From NCBI GenBank assembly GCA_965224025.1, contig OZ245033.1, positions 4,640,001 through 4,704,000 on the forward strand: a stretch of 64,000 bases of DNA. The letters run 5' to 3'. How positions within the stretch are numbered: position 1 is the first letter of the stretch; every line of letters begins with the position of its first letter. Of the stretch, positions 1 through 13,387 are shown piece after piece. The notes under the pieces are model-generated. The model saw only the letters and a program-made list of their open reading frames with translations, ran no database searches and was not told where the DNA came from. The position numbers were made by a program, and so were the translations under genes. Source of the DNA: Candidatus Multivorans sp. (GTDB lineage: Bacteria; Acidobacteriota; Thermoanaerobaculia; Multivoradales; Multivoraceae).

Positions 1-2
1 TT

Positions 3-1511
3 TTGGCCGCGACGGCCCCGGCGCGCGCGGAGGAGGACGACGGCGCATCGGCGGCCGCCGAGACGCCCCCTCCGCCCGGCCGCTGGGAGACCAGCCACTC
101 GATCGATGTCGGCGGCGAGACGGTTGAGTACGACGCCGTCGTCACCGGAATCCAACTCGACAACGACGACGGCGTCCCGGCCGCACATCTCTGGTACACG
201 GCGTACTTCCGGACGAACGGCGCGGCGCCGCGGGAGCGCCCCCTGGTGTTCTCCTACAACGGAGGCCCCGGCTCCGCGTCCTTCTGGCTGCACATGGGGA
301 TCATGGGGCCGCGGCGCGTCGTGACCCCCGATGTCGGCCCGCAGGGAGCGCCGCCCTACCCTCTCGAGGACAACGCCTGGACCCTCCTCGACATCGCCGA
401 CATCGTGATGGTCGATCCCGTAGGCACCGGCTTCAGCCATACCCTGGGCGAGACTCCGGGCGCCGATTACTGGGGCATCGACGAGGACGCGAAGTCGCTT
501 GCCCAGTTCATCCGGCGGTTCCTCAGCGCGCACACCCGCTGGAACTCGCCCCGCTACCTGCTCGGCGAGAGCTACGGCACGACCCGATCGGCGGTGCTCG
601 CCGCCCACCTGCAGCGCGCCAACATCGACCTGAACGGCATCGTCCTGGTCTCGTCGGTCCTGCAGTTCAACACGATCCAGTTCGCGCCCGGCGACGACCT
701 CTCCTACGTCGTCAACCTGCCGTCCTACACCGTCGCCGCCCGCTACCTGGACGCGCTGCCGGAGGGCACACCGGCCGACCTCGAGACCCTGATGGCCGAG
801 GTCGAGGAGTGGGCGCTCACCGAGTACGCCACCGCGTTGCTTCGGGGCAGCATGCTCGACCCGCACACTCGTGCCCGGGTGGTCGACCGCCTGCACCGCT
901 ACACCGGTCTCTCGCGCGACTTCATCGACAAGTCGGACCTGCGGGTGACTGCTCCGGCCTTCGAGGCCGAGTTGCTGCGCGACGAAGGGAAGGTCGTCGG
1001 ACGGCTGGACGCGCGCTTCACCGGCCCGGCGGGGGACACGCTGGGGACCCGGCCTTCCCACGACCCGCAGTCCACGGCGATCAGCTCGGCCTACACGTCG
1101 GCGTTCAACAGCTACCTGCGGGGCGAACTCGGCTACGACGGCGACCGCGAGTACGTCCCGAGCGGCGCCGTCCGCGACTGGAACTGGGGGCGGGTGAACG
1201 CGGGCCGCTTCTCGCGCGGCGACGGTACACCGAACGTCGCCCCCGACCTCGCCGCCGCCATGCGCCGGAATCCAGCGCTCGAAGTTCTTCTGATCAACGG
1301 CCTGTACGACCTGGCGACACCCTACTTCGCGGCTGTCTGGACGCTCGACCACATGGGTCTGCCGCCGGAACTCAGGGCCAACATCCAGCGTGAGGACTTC
1401 GCCGCCGGGCACATGATGTACGTGGAGCAGTCCCTGCTGCCGCAATGGAAGGAAACGCTCGACGCCTTCATCCTGCGCACGTCGGGCCGCGCCGCGCCAG
1501 ACCTTGAGTAG
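3..1511 (+). CDS. Peptidase S10 (serine carboxypeptidase-like), 5'-truncated by window edge
   Basis: NGGPGS motif, DPVGTGFS, catalytic GESYG, C-terminal GHMMY; the frame is open from the window start and begins with the tail of a signal peptide. Confidence 0.9.
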   Translation: MAATAPARAEEDDGASAAAETPPPPGRWETSHSIDVGGETVEYDAVVTGIQLDNDDGVPAAHLWYTAYFRTNGAAPRERPLVFSYNGGPGSASFWLHMGIMGPRRVVTPDVGPQGAPPYPLEDNAWTLLDIADIVMVDPVGTGFSHTLGETPGADYWGIDEDAKSLAQFIRRFLSAHTRWNSPRYLLGESYGTTRSAVLAAHLQRANIDLNGIVLVSSVLQFNTIQFAPGDDLSYVVNLPSYTVAARYLDALPEGTPADLETLMAEVEEWALTEYATALLRGSMLDPHTRARVVDRLHRYTGLSRDFIDKSDLRVTAPAFEAELLRDEGKVVGRLDARFTGPAGDTLGTRPSHDPQSTAISSAYTSAFNSYLRGELGYDGDREYVPSGAVRDWNWGRVNAGRFSRGDGTPNVAPDLAAAMRRNPALEVLLINGLYDLATPYFAAVWTLDHMGLPPELRANIQREDFAAGHMMYVEQSLLPQWKETLDAFILRTSGRAAPDLE

Positions 1512-1613
1512 CACGCTCCTCGCGCCCCGAAACGCAGCGGCCGCGTACCGAAGAGACAGCCTGGTACACTGTTACAACTTCAAATGCACCGGCGTTCCTT
1601 GCCCACGTCATCC

Positions 1614-1972
1614 GCCATGAAGCTCGAGACCGAGCTGTTCGTCGAGGAAGCGATCTTCGACCGCGAGGGCACCTTCACCGAGCTCATGACCGGCAACCAC
1701 GGTTACATGTCGCGCAGCACCGCGCCGATCTACGGCGCCGGCGCCGCGCGCGTTTAACGTCAATCGAGGGTGAGCGGTCTCTTGCGTCCGATCGATGCGG
1801 AGACGTACTCGATACGGACCGCTGCCGCCACGAAGCCGCGCGAGTGCAACACGTGCCACCGCCGGATCGCGGAACGCCGGGACTCGAATCGATCCAGGAC
1901 CGCTTCCGCGAGAACGACTCGGTCAAGGAACTCCTGGTTTCCATCGCCGCCAGCGACCTTTTCCGTAGGCAC
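1614..1972 (+). pseudogene. Collapsed remnant of a DUF1592/DUF1588/DUF1585-domain gene
   Basis: Three short fragments in the expected order but in different frames: AMKLETELFVEEAIFDREGTFTELMTGNHGYMSRSTAPIYG (DUF1592-like), KPRECNTCHRRI (DUF1588 CxxCH), DRFRENDSVKELLVSIAASDLFRR (DUF1585-like C-terminus). Confidence 0.6.
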
Positions 1973-2033
1973 CCTGCTGGACTATCCTCTGCCAGCCGAG
2001 GGCCGTGACCACGCAACGCCTACGAGAGCTCGA

Positions 2034-4209
2034 ATGTCCGCGCGTCCAGGACCCAAAGCAACCAGGCGGTATCCCGGAGCCACCCTGAAACGCCCATTCG
2101 CCAAAGCGTCGAAAGCCCGAAGGCCCCCCGCTCGGCACCCGCCGCCGAGTGGATTGGTGGCCGGACAACGGCGCCCTTCTTCGTCCACGATCGCGCAGAG
2201 CCCTACCTCCCCGGTCTGGCGCTCTGGGTCGAACTGCCGAAGCAGCTCGTGGTGGGCCATGGAGTCTTCACGCCCGGTCAGGCCGAAGGCGCCCTCGCGC
2301 GTACCCTGCGCGGAGCGCTGGCGGCGCCCGACATCGGAAGGCCTCGCCGGCCCGCCTCCATCCGGGTTGCCGACGAGGAAGCAGCCGCCGAGATCCGCAA
2401 CGAGATCGGAGGCGACATACCGGTCGTCGTCGGCCCGACACCGGAATTGCACGATCTCTTCGAGGACCTGATCGAGGCCTTTTCGCAGTTCGAAGGAGAA
2501 CTCGAGGAAGAAGTCGAGGAACCCGGCTACCTGGATGGGGGCTTCGTCTCGCCCCCCGTCGTGGCAGCGCTGTTCGCCGCCAGCGGCCAGCTCTTCACGC
2601 GCCAGCCCTGGACGATGGGAGAGGATCCGCCCCTACTGCAGTTGGACATTCCGTCGCTCGGCGTCGACGGCGCATGCGTGGCGATCACCGGCCAGAGCGG
2701 CGAGAGTCGAGGCCTTCTCATCTTTCCGTCGATTGCCCACCTCAAGAGGTTCCAAGAAACAGCCGCACCAGCCGCGGACGATCCGAGGCTCGAGACGATT
2801 GCCGATCTGCTGGCGCTCTCATTCGAGTCCGCGGCCGATGTGCCGCCGGAGATGCGGCGCGAGGCGATGCGGCACGAATGGCGAGTAGTGAGCGCGGACG
2901 CCTACCCCATACTCGACGCACACGACCGGGAGGGCTTGCCGCGGCCGCTCGCGGTACGCGATCTGCAGATAGCGACACACTGTGCGGAGTCGCTGGCGAT
3001 GCTGCTGAACCGGCATCCCGCCCTCCTCGAGGACGACAGCGTACTGCCCGTCTGCGAGTCGTACTTCGAAGACGACGGCACGGAAGTACGGCTCACCGTT
3101 CCTTGCGGCGCGCTCGAACTCTTCGACCTGGAAGACGGCGAACCGATCGAGGCCGAAGGCGACGCAGTTCGCAGGAAGAACTGGCGTGGCTGGAGGCCCA
3201 GCGCGCCGCATGGCTCTCGGTCTGGGAAGTCGAGGACGTGAATCCGGGAGAGACCGTTGCCCTGCACGATCTGCTCTCGGGCGAACGGCGCATGGTGCGG
3301 GAGATCCTGGCCTCCAGGTCGCTCAATCTGCGGGATGCGGTCCTCGCCCGCGTCCTCGATCACGACGGCCTCTCGCTGCTCGCCGGCGTCCACGCGATCC
3401 CGCTGCCCCCCTTCGAGGCCGCGGATGTCGTCGACCACGCCCGGGCCCGCCTGAGGCGCAAAGGCGCCGTGCCGGTGGAACGCCTCCGGGATCCAGCCTT
3501 CGGGCGGTCCCTGATGCGCTACTGGGAGGAGGCAGTCGAAGAAGTCCGCCTGCGGAGCGCTCAACCCCCTGAACTGCGCAACCGGGACGGCGACCTCTTG
3601 CTGGTCACGGTGGATCGGTTCGATGTGGTGCGGGGCGCAAGGGAAGAAGTAGAAGACCTGGTAGCCGCACTCGAAGGCGTCGTGCCGGAGTCCGACGACG
3701 ACGAGCGGAGCGCCTGGGTGTTCCTCGAAAGCGGCAACGAAGCGCAGGAAGACGGCCGGAAGACCGTCCTCGGATGGATCCGGGTGCGGGCCGGGTCGCT
3801 CAGGATCGAAACGAACTCGCAGGCCCGGGCGGATGCGCTGCGGGCACGCGTCGAGGCAGCCTGCGGTTCACGCATCCGCCACCGCATCCGCGAGCACTCG
3901 AATCCGCTTCCACCCGCCGGACACACCGCGGCGGCGGCGCGGAACATGCCCTCGCTTTCACCCGAGGACGAGGCACGCGCCTCCGTCTACGCAGCGGAGC
4001 ACAAGGCGAAGCACTATGCCGCCTGGCCCGACCTGCCGCTGCCGGCGCTGAACCAGAGGACGCCGCGAGAGTGCGCCCGGACGGCTGCCGGGCGTCGAGA
4101 GGTCGATCTGGTCCTGAAACACATGGAAAACATGGAGCATCGCGCTGGCGGAGCGAACCAGTTCGACTTCTCGACCGTCCGCGAGGAACTCGGCATCAAC
4201 CCTCGCTGA
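2034..4209 (+). pseudogene. Frameshifted hypothetical gene of the kind associated with SEC-C proteins; C-terminal Xre/MbcA/ParS-antitoxin-like motif
   Basis: Protein-like acidic sequence in frame +2 (from ~2100 to ~3170) switches to frame +1 (EELAWLEAQRAAWLSVWEV... WPDLPLPALNQRTPRE...) to the stop at 4209; start uncertain. Confidence 0.55.
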
Positions 4210-4243
4210 GAGGACGTCAACCCCACGAAGCACCACGCTCCGC

Positions 4244-4596
4244 ATGAAACACTCCGATCTCGCGAAGACACTTCCTGCAACTCGGCGGGATCGCTGCGCT
4301 CGGCGACGGCTGGCGCGGCTACCGCAACTACTGCCCCGTCCTCATCGGCGGCGCCTGGGCCTTCGATACCGGCCGCTACATGTACTGGCCCCACGTGACA
4401 CCCGCCCAGATGCGAGTCCCGTCACAGCTCGCCCCCGGCGGCCTCACGAAGTTCGCCGGCGTCCCCACCAACACCTCCTCGTCAGCGTCGCCCGCGCCAT
4501 GGGCCTCGACACCACCACGTCGGCCTCCGCCACGAGTATGGCCAACGCGGCGATCACATCGACCTCGCCGGACCACTCCCCGGACTGCGCGCGTAG
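4244..4596 (+). pseudogene. Collapsed DUF1552-family gene remnant
   Basis: Tat-like TPISRRHFLQLGG joined directly to C-terminal-type sequence GDGWRGYRNYCPVLIGGAWAFDTGRY, then PHQHLLVSVARAMGL and GDHIDLAGPLPGL* across several frameshifts. Confidence 0.6.
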
Positions 4597-4673
4597 CTGC
4601 CCGGCGCGGCGCGGTGTCGGTTACACTCGCCGGGCGAGGACCCCGCTGCGGGCGGCAGTAACCGACGCCGCCG

Positions 4674-6710
4674 CTACCGCGGCAAAGCGAAGGCGAGCAG
4701 TTCGGACTTGCGGGGCGGTTGGCGTCTGGGCCGCGCCGGTGCGTCGGCGATGGCCGTCGCTTCGACGGGGATGCCGGGGCCCGGCCGTTCGCCGCCGCCG
4801 GTTATCAGGATGTACTGGCGGCCTTCGTGCATGTACGTCATCGGGCCGCCGTGAAGGCCGCGCTCTACTTCGACCTGGGCGAGGAGTTCGCCGGTCGCCT
4901 TGTCGAAGGCGACGAGGTAGCTGCCGTTGGCCGACCGGTCTCCGAGCTCATCGACGATCGGTTCGATGGAGATGATGAGGGTCTTGGTCACCAGGACACC
5001 GCCTTCGGTGACGACGCCGTCCTGGGGCGGCGTGCCGAGTCGGCCGGGGTTCAGGTGCTTGATCGCCGGGTGGTCACGGGGCCCCTCCCCCAGCGGAACC
5101 TGCCACAGCATCTCGCCGCGGTTCATGTCGAACGCGGTGATCCGCCGGTAGGGCGGCTTGAGCAGGGGCAGGCCCTGGACCAGGGGCATGGCCCGGCGGT
5201 TGATCGAGTAGCGCCAGTCGGACCGCGCCGGGTCGGGCGGCGAGAGCGAGATGGCGCCTGGCCGCGTGAGCGAGGGCACGTAGAGGATGTTCGTCTCCGG
5301 ATCGAAGGAGGCGCCGGTCCAGTTCGCGCCACCGCCGGGACCCGGGTTCTGGAGGTAGGCCCGCTTGCCGTCCTGGCCGTGGACGATCGGCGGCGTGAAC
5401 ACCGGGCCGATCACGTAGTCCCGGATCACTTCGAGTGCCTCCGCCCGCAGCTCCGGCGTGAAGTCGGTCAGGTCCTCGTAGTCGATGCCGAGCGTCTCGA
5501 ACGGCGGCGGCCGGCTGGTGAACGGCTGGGTGCGCGAGAGCTTCTCGCCCGGTACCTGGGAATGGTAGTTGACCGGCGCCTCGACGATCGGCCACACATG
5601 CTCTCCCGTGGCCCGGTCGAACACGTAGGTCATCGCGACCTTCGAAACCACCGCCACCGCCTCGATGTCCTTGCCGTCGACCGTGATGTCGATCAGGTTC
5701 GGCGCCGAGGCCAGGTCATAGTCCCAGACGCCGTGGTGGATGGTCTGAAAGTGCCAGACGACCTCGCCGGTGCGGGCATCGAGACAGACGATCGACTCGG
5801 CATAGACGTTGTCGCCGTGCCGGTCGCCGCCGTAGTAGTCGTTGGTCGGCGTCCCGAAGGGCAGGTAAACGTAGCCGAGTTCCTGGTCGGCGCTCATCAT
5901 TGACCACACGTTCGTGTTGCCCATCTTCCGCCAGGACTCGTTCTCCCAGGTCTCGATGTAGGGCTCGCCCTCCCGCGGCACGGCGTGGAACGTCCACTTC
6001 AGCTCGCCGGTGCGGATGTCGAAACCGCGGACGTCCCCGGGCGGGTTGTTGTTGCGGAGCGGAAAGTCCCAGACCGTGCCGCCGATCACGATCGTGTCGG
6101 CCACGACGGTCACGGGCGCCGTCCAGTTCATATTGCGGTTCGCACGCCCCGGCAGGAGACCCTGCATCAGGTCGACGACGCCCTCCTCGCCGAACTCGGC
6201 GTCCGGCCTGCCGGTCTTCGTGTCGATGGACACCAACCGACCGCCGCGGGTCGCGACAAGGATGCGTTCCGCTTCGCCGTCGGTCCAGAACTCGATGCCG
6301 CGGATCTGGACCAGCGAACCGCGCTGCTCGATCTCCCAGTCCCTCGGATCGTGCCGCCAAAGCGCCTCGCCGGTCGCCGGATCGAGCGCCGCGACCTGAC
6401 CCAGGTTGGTGGCAATGTAGACCACGCCGTCGATCATCAAGGGCATGCCCCGGAACGGCCCGGGCATCTTGTCGGCCACGTCTTTCAGCAGAGAATCGGC
6501 TGACTTCCACCGCCAGGCGACCTCCAACTGATCGAAGTTGTCGCGGTCGATCTGGTCGAGGGGCGAGTACCGGGTCGAACCGCCGTCACCCGCGAAATGA
6601 CGCCACTCGCCGCCTTCCGCGCCATGCTGCGCCGCCGTCGGCGCCGCGACGGCCACAGCGGCCAAGAGGACGTAGAAACCTGGAACGATCCTCGGATCGA
6701 GGCTCGACAT
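4674..6710 (-). CDS. PQQ-dependent (quinoprotein) glucose dehydrogenase family protein, secreted
   Basis: Signal peptide; RYSPLDQIDRDNF, WHFQTIHHGVWDYD, GGANWTG, PMTYMHEGRQYI quinoprotein motifs. Confidence 0.9.
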   Translation of the reverse strand: MSSLDPRIVPGFYVLLAAVAVAAPTAAQHGAEGGEWRHFAGDGGSTRYSPLDQIDRDNFDQLEVAWRWKSADSLLKDVADKMPGPFRGMPLMIDGVVYIATNLGQVAALDPATGEALWRHDPRDWEIEQRGSLVQIRGIEFWTDGEAERILVATRGGRLVSIDTKTGRPDAEFGEEGVVDLMQGLLPGRANRNMNWTAPVTVVADTIVIGGTVWDFPLRNNNPPGDVRGFDIRTGELKWTFHAVPREGEPYIETWENESWRKMGNTNVWSMMSADQELGYVYLPFGTPTNDYYGGDRHGDNVYAESIVCLDARTGEVVWHFQTIHHGVWDYDLASAPNLIDITVDGKDIEAVAVVSKVAMTYVFDRATGEHVWPIVEAPVNYHSQVPGEKLSRTQPFTSRPPPFETLGIDYEDLTDFTPELRAEALEVIRDYVIGPVFTPPIVHGQDGKRAYLQNPGPGGGANWTGASFDPETNILYVPSLTRPGAISLSPPDPARSDWRYSINRRAMPLVQGLPLLKPPYRRITAFDMNRGEMLWQVPLGEGPRDHPAIKHLNPGRLGTPPQDGVVTEGGVLVTKTLIISIEPIVDELGDRSANGSYLVAFDKATGELLAQVEVERGLHGGPMTYMHEGRQYILITGGGERPGPGIPVEATAIADAPARPRRQPPRKSELLAFALPR

Positions 6711-6779
6711 TCGCAATCCCCTCAGGTCGGACCGGCGCATCTTACTGCGCTGTCGACGCTGCCCCTCGCGGTGTCGTAG

Positions 6780-9543
<2,764 letters not shown>

Positions 9544-9559
9544 GTGCCAAGGATACGGC

Positions 9560-9966
9560 GAGGGCCCGCAACGTCCTTCCGTGGACCGGCAGAAGCTGGC
9601 CGACCCCGTCGGCTACTTGCGTCAGAAACGCGACCAGCTCGTCGTGCTCGACGAGATTCAACGCACACCGCGTCTCTTCGAGGCGCTGCGCGGCATCATC
9701 GACGAGCGTATCCGCGGCGGCGAATCCGCAGGGCAGTTCCTTCTCCTCGGTTCGGCGTCGATGGACCTCCCAAGTCGCCAAAGGTCTACGTCCGCGATAG
9801 CGGCATCGTGGCGCCGTCCATTGGCCGCGGATTGCGGGTTGCGTTGGACGACCTCAAGCCGGACCGGGCGTTCACGCTGTACGGCGGCCAGGACCGGTAC
9901 CCGATGGGAAGCGGACTGGAGGCGATCGGTCTGCGAACGCTGGCCGAAGAACTGGCGTCCGCGTGA
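9560..9966 (+). pseudogene. Internally deleted AAA-family ATPase (AAA_14/DUF4143 type) remnant
   Basis: Fragments LVVLDEIQRTPRLFEALRGIID...FLLLGSASMDL (Walker B region), KSPKVYVRDSG, and C-terminal DDLKPDRAFTLYGG...; no Walker A, frames discontinuous. Confidence 0.75.
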
Positions 9967-10020
9967 ACCGCCCCATGCCTCAGCCTCGCTGGTAGAATAG
10001 GCGGCCCGACGGTAGCCGCC

Positions 10021-11547
10021 ATGGATTCCAGTCAAGCGCCGCCTTCTGTGCCCTGCAGGATCGGCTGGGAGTTCCCGGCGCCGGTCCCGGACGGGTACCG
10101 GTTCAACCACTTCCTCGAAGCCGCGAGCGGCCGCCTGCTCGCGCACGGGCTGGACCTGGCGGCCTTCTTCGAGCCCGGTCGTGCACCGGCATCCGGTCTG
10201 CCCGCGGAGGCAATGCCCTGTCCGCTCGAGATCGCCTTCCTGCCGAACATCCGCGCCCAGGTGACGGCGATGGAACGCTGCTTCCAGCGCGCAATCGACC
10301 TGGCCGGCTACCCCGCCCCCTTCCACTTCGCGTTCGCGTCGAAGGCGAACACCGCCGAGGAGATCGTCCGCTCGACGCTCGGCGCCGGCGCCCACCACGA
10401 GATGTCCTCGGATGTCGATGTCGAGATCGCGCGCCGCATGATTCGGGCCGGGCTGCTGCCGCCGGACAGGTTCGTGCTGGCGAACGGCTTCAAGGGGCCG
10501 GGCAGCGCATATGCTCGGAACCTGGTGGCGCTGCGGACCGAACACCGCCTTGTGATCCCTATTCTCGAGGACGCCGCCGAACTGGACGCCTTCACCGGCG
10601 GTGGCGTGGAGTTCGAGTTCGGCATCCGGCTCAAGCGGCCGACGGAAGAGGGCTGCGTCGCCGACCGAGACTCGCGCTTCGGCGTCGACGCCGCCGAGGC
10701 GCGGCGCCTCGCTGCCCGGATCGACCGTACGCCCGGCTCGCGTTTCGTCCTCCTGCACGCGATGTTCGGGTCGGCGGGCTACAGCGAGGAGGAGTTCGTC
10801 GATGCTCTCGAACCGGGCCTCGACCTCTACGCCCGTCTCGGCCGCGGCCATCCCCGCCTCCGCTGCTTCGACTTCGGCGGCGGAGTGCCCGGCAGAACCA
10901 CGCTCGACCACGACTTCGACTACGACCTCTTCGCGCGCCTCCTGCTCCGGAGGACGCTCGCGCGCTGCGCCGCCCACGGCACGAGCCCGCCGGCGTTGAT
11001 CGGCGAGTTCGGGCGCTACGCCGTGTCCGAGCACGCGGCGCACCTGTTCCGCGTCATCTCCGTCAAGGACAACGGCGCCGAGCTGCCCTGGTATTTGGTC
11101 GACGGGTCGATCATGACCTCCTTCCCCGACGCCTGGGCCCTCGGCGAGCACTTCATCTGCCTGCCGCTCAACCACCTCGACCTTCCCTTCCGCCGCGTGC
11201 GCCTGGGCGGCATCACCTGCGACCGGGACGACGTGTACCCGCCCCGCGGCAGCGCGGTTCCGCTCTTCCTGCCCGGCCTGGCCGCCGCCGAACTGGGCGA
11301 AACGCCGCTCTACCTGGGGTTCTTTTCCGTCGGCGCCTACCAGGAGATGCTCGGCGGCGTCCGCGGCAGCAAGCACTGTGTCCTGCCCGAGGCGACCGAG
11401 ATCCTGATCGATCGGGACGCCGATGGCGGCTTCGTCTGCGACATTCTCCCGGGCCACACGACCGAGGACGTGCTCCACAATCTGGGTTACGGGCGGACCG
11501 GGCGCGTCGGCGCGCCGCGCACCGCGGCGCGGGTGCCGCTGGCCTGA
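10021..11547 (+). CDS. Fold-type III PLP-dependent basic amino-acid decarboxylase (arginine/diaminopimelate decarboxylase-like)
   Basis: FASKAN (PLP Lys), SRFG, DFGGG, GEFGRY, GGITCDRDD, GAYQE; TAGAAT -10-like box at 9993-9998. Confidence 0.8.
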   Translation: MDSSQAPPSVPCRIGWEFPAPVPDGYRFNHFLEAASGRLLAHGLDLAAFFEPGRAPASGLPAEAMPCPLEIAFLPNIRAQVTAMERCFQRAIDLAGYPAPFHFAFASKANTAEEIVRSTLGAGAHHEMSSDVDVEIARRMIRAGLLPPDRFVLANGFKGPGSAYARNLVALRTEHRLVIPILEDAAELDAFTGGGVEFEFGIRLKRPTEEGCVADRDSRFGVDAAEARRLAARIDRTPGSRFVLLHAMFGSAGYSEEEFVDALEPGLDLYARLGRGHPRLRCFDFGGGVPGRTTLDHDFDYDLFARLLLRRTLARCAAHGTSPPALIGEFGRYAVSEHAAHLFRVISVKDNGAELPWYLVDGSIMTSFPDAWALGEHFICLPLNHLDLPFRRVRLGGITCDRDDVYPPRGSAVPLFLPGLAAAELGETPLYLGFFSVGAYQEMLGGVRGSKHCVLPEATEILIDRDADGGFVCDILPGHTTEDVLHNLGYGRTGRVGAPRTAARVPLA

Positions 11548-11554
11548 GGGAATC

Positions 11555-13387
11555 GTGTCTCGAACCTGTTTGTCGCTTCCGGGAATCGGGCGTCCGATGC
11601 TGGCTTCAGTCGCCGGGGTCCTTGCCCTAGCCGCCGCGGCTCCGGGGAGCCTTGCAGCCGAGGATCCGAAGCTGATCTTCATCGACCGAGCGGCCGAACT
11701 GGGCGTCGACTTCACGCACCACAACGGGATGACGGGCAATCTGTACACTGCGGAGCACATGGGCGGGGCGGTCGCCCTCTTCGACAACGACAACGATGGC
11801 GACCTCGACCTCTACTTGGGCCAGGGCCACCTGCTGGCTCCTGCCGGTGACTCGGGCTCCTCATCGGCCGCCGGGGGCGCCAACGAATCAACGATGAGGG
11901 ACCGCCTGTTCCGCAACGATCTGGAAGGCGGCGTACTGCATTTCACCGACATCACCGAAGAAAGCGGTCTCGACGCACGGGGCTACGCCATGGGCGCCAC
12001 CGTCGGCGACATCGACAACGACGGAGATCCTGATCTCTACATTCTCAACCTGGGGCCGAACGAACTCTGGCGAAACGACTCGCAACCCGGCGTGCCTCGC
12101 TTCACCAACATCACGGCGGGAAGCCAGACTGCCGATCCGCGTTGGAGCGCGGCCGCGAGCTTCTTCGACCTCGACAACGACGGGCTGCTCGACCTCTTCG
12201 TCGGCAACTACGTCGAGTTCCGGATCGCGACGCACAAGCCCTGTTCCTCGGCCCAGGGAATCGTCGAGTACTGCGGACCGAACGCCTTCCGGGGCGAGGC
12301 AAACCGAGTACTGCTCAACCGGGGCGACGGCACGTTCACGGATTGGACCTCCCGACTCGGCATCGCCGACCTGATGGCCGGAACCCTCGGCACGGTGGCT
12401 ACGGACTTCAACGGCGACGGCTGGACGGACATCTACGTGGCCAATGACATGAAGCCGAACCGGCTGCTCCTGAACGAGGGCGGCACAGCCCTCGTCGACG
12501 ATGCCGTACCGGCCGGAGCTGCCGTAAACGGCTCCGGTGAGCCTGAGGCGAGCATGGGAATCGTGGCCCAGGACTTCAACGACGATGGTCTCATGGACCT
12601 GTTCATGACCCACGTCCTCCGCGAGACGAACACGCTGTACATCAACCTGGGAGATGGCATGTGGGAGGACGCCACGCGGGCCAGCGGCCTCGGTTCCCCC
12701 AGTTTCCGATACACCGGTTTCGGCGTCGCCGCCATCGACTACGACCTCGATGGCAACCTCGACCTCTACGTGGCAAACGGCGCCGTCATCCGTATCGAGG
12801 AACAGTTCCGGGCGGGCGATCCGTTCCCCCTGAGACAGCGAAACCAGCTCTTCCGGAGCCTGGGCGGCGGCCGCTTCGAGGAGATCGCCCACTTCGAGGA
12901 CCCAGGTACTCCGGAGGTCAGCCGCGGTGTTGCGCGGGGCGATCTGGACAACGACGGCGACCCGGACCTGGTCGTGGCAAACAACATGGCCGCGGCCTGG
13001 GTGCTGATCAACGAGGCCAAACCCTCGCCCAGCGAGTGGGTCGGAATCGACTTGCGGTCGCCCGGACCCGATCCAGCGGTAGGAGCCCCCCAGGACGACA
13101 AGGAGACGGTCTTCGGGCGGAGGCCGCTTGGTTCCCGCGTTGGGCTGAATCGTGACAGGCAGGGCGCCAGCGTGACTTGGCGGCGCTTCCACACGGACGG
13201 TTCCTACGCCGCGGGCAACGATCCACGGGTTCTGTTCTCTGTCGACGGCGCCGCGTCGCCGTCTGTCGTCGTCTCATGGCCGGACGGCGAGCGGGAGTCC
13301 TTCCTTCTCGATCAGGTCGGCCGTTACTTCACACTGGTCCGCGGTCGCGGAGAGCCGATCGAGGCCAGACCGAAACAGGCACGTTGA
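11555..13387 (+). CDS. CRTAC1-family FG-GAP repeat / ASPIC-UnbV protein, secreted
   Basis: Signal peptide, repeated DxDxDGxxDL Ca-binding FG-GAP motifs, SRGVARGDLDNDGD, C-terminal GSY...V.WPDG UnbV region; start GTG 11555 or ATG 11597. Confidence 0.9.
   Translation: MSRTCLSLPGIGRPMLASVAGVLALAAAAPGSLAAEDPKLIFIDRAAELGVDFTHHNGMTGNLYTAEHMGGAVALFDNDNDGDLDLYLGQGHLLAPAGDSGSSSAAGGANESTMRDRLFRNDLEGGVLHFTDITEESGLDARGYAMGATVGDIDNDGDPDLYILNLGPNELWRNDSQPGVPRFTNITAGSQTADPRWSAAASFFDLDNDGLLDLFVGNYVEFRIATHKPCSSAQGIVEYCGPNAFRGEANRVLLNRGDGTFTDWTSRLGIADLMAGTLGTVATDFNGDGWTDIYVANDMKPNRLLLNEGGTALVDDAVPAGAAVNGSGEPEASMGIVAQDFNDDGLMDLFMTHVLRETNTLYINLGDGMWEDATRASGLGSPSFRYTGFGVAAIDYDLDGNLDLYVANGAVIRIEEQFRAGDPFPLRQRNQLFRSLGGGRFEEIAHFEDPGTPEVSRGVARGDLDNDGDPDLVVANNMAAAWVLINEAKPSPSEWVGIDLRSPGPDPAVGAPQDDKETVFGRRPLGSRVGLNRDRQGASVTWRRFHTDGSYAAGNDPRVLFSVDGAASPSVVVSWPDGERESFLLDQVGRYFTLVRGRGEPIEARPKQAR

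Noticed and set aside
1830-1870. CxxCH motif suggesting a c-type cytochrome in ORF 1770-2471
   Set aside because: It belongs to the DUF1588-like pseudogene fragment; the rest of that ORF is not protein-like and has no signal peptide.
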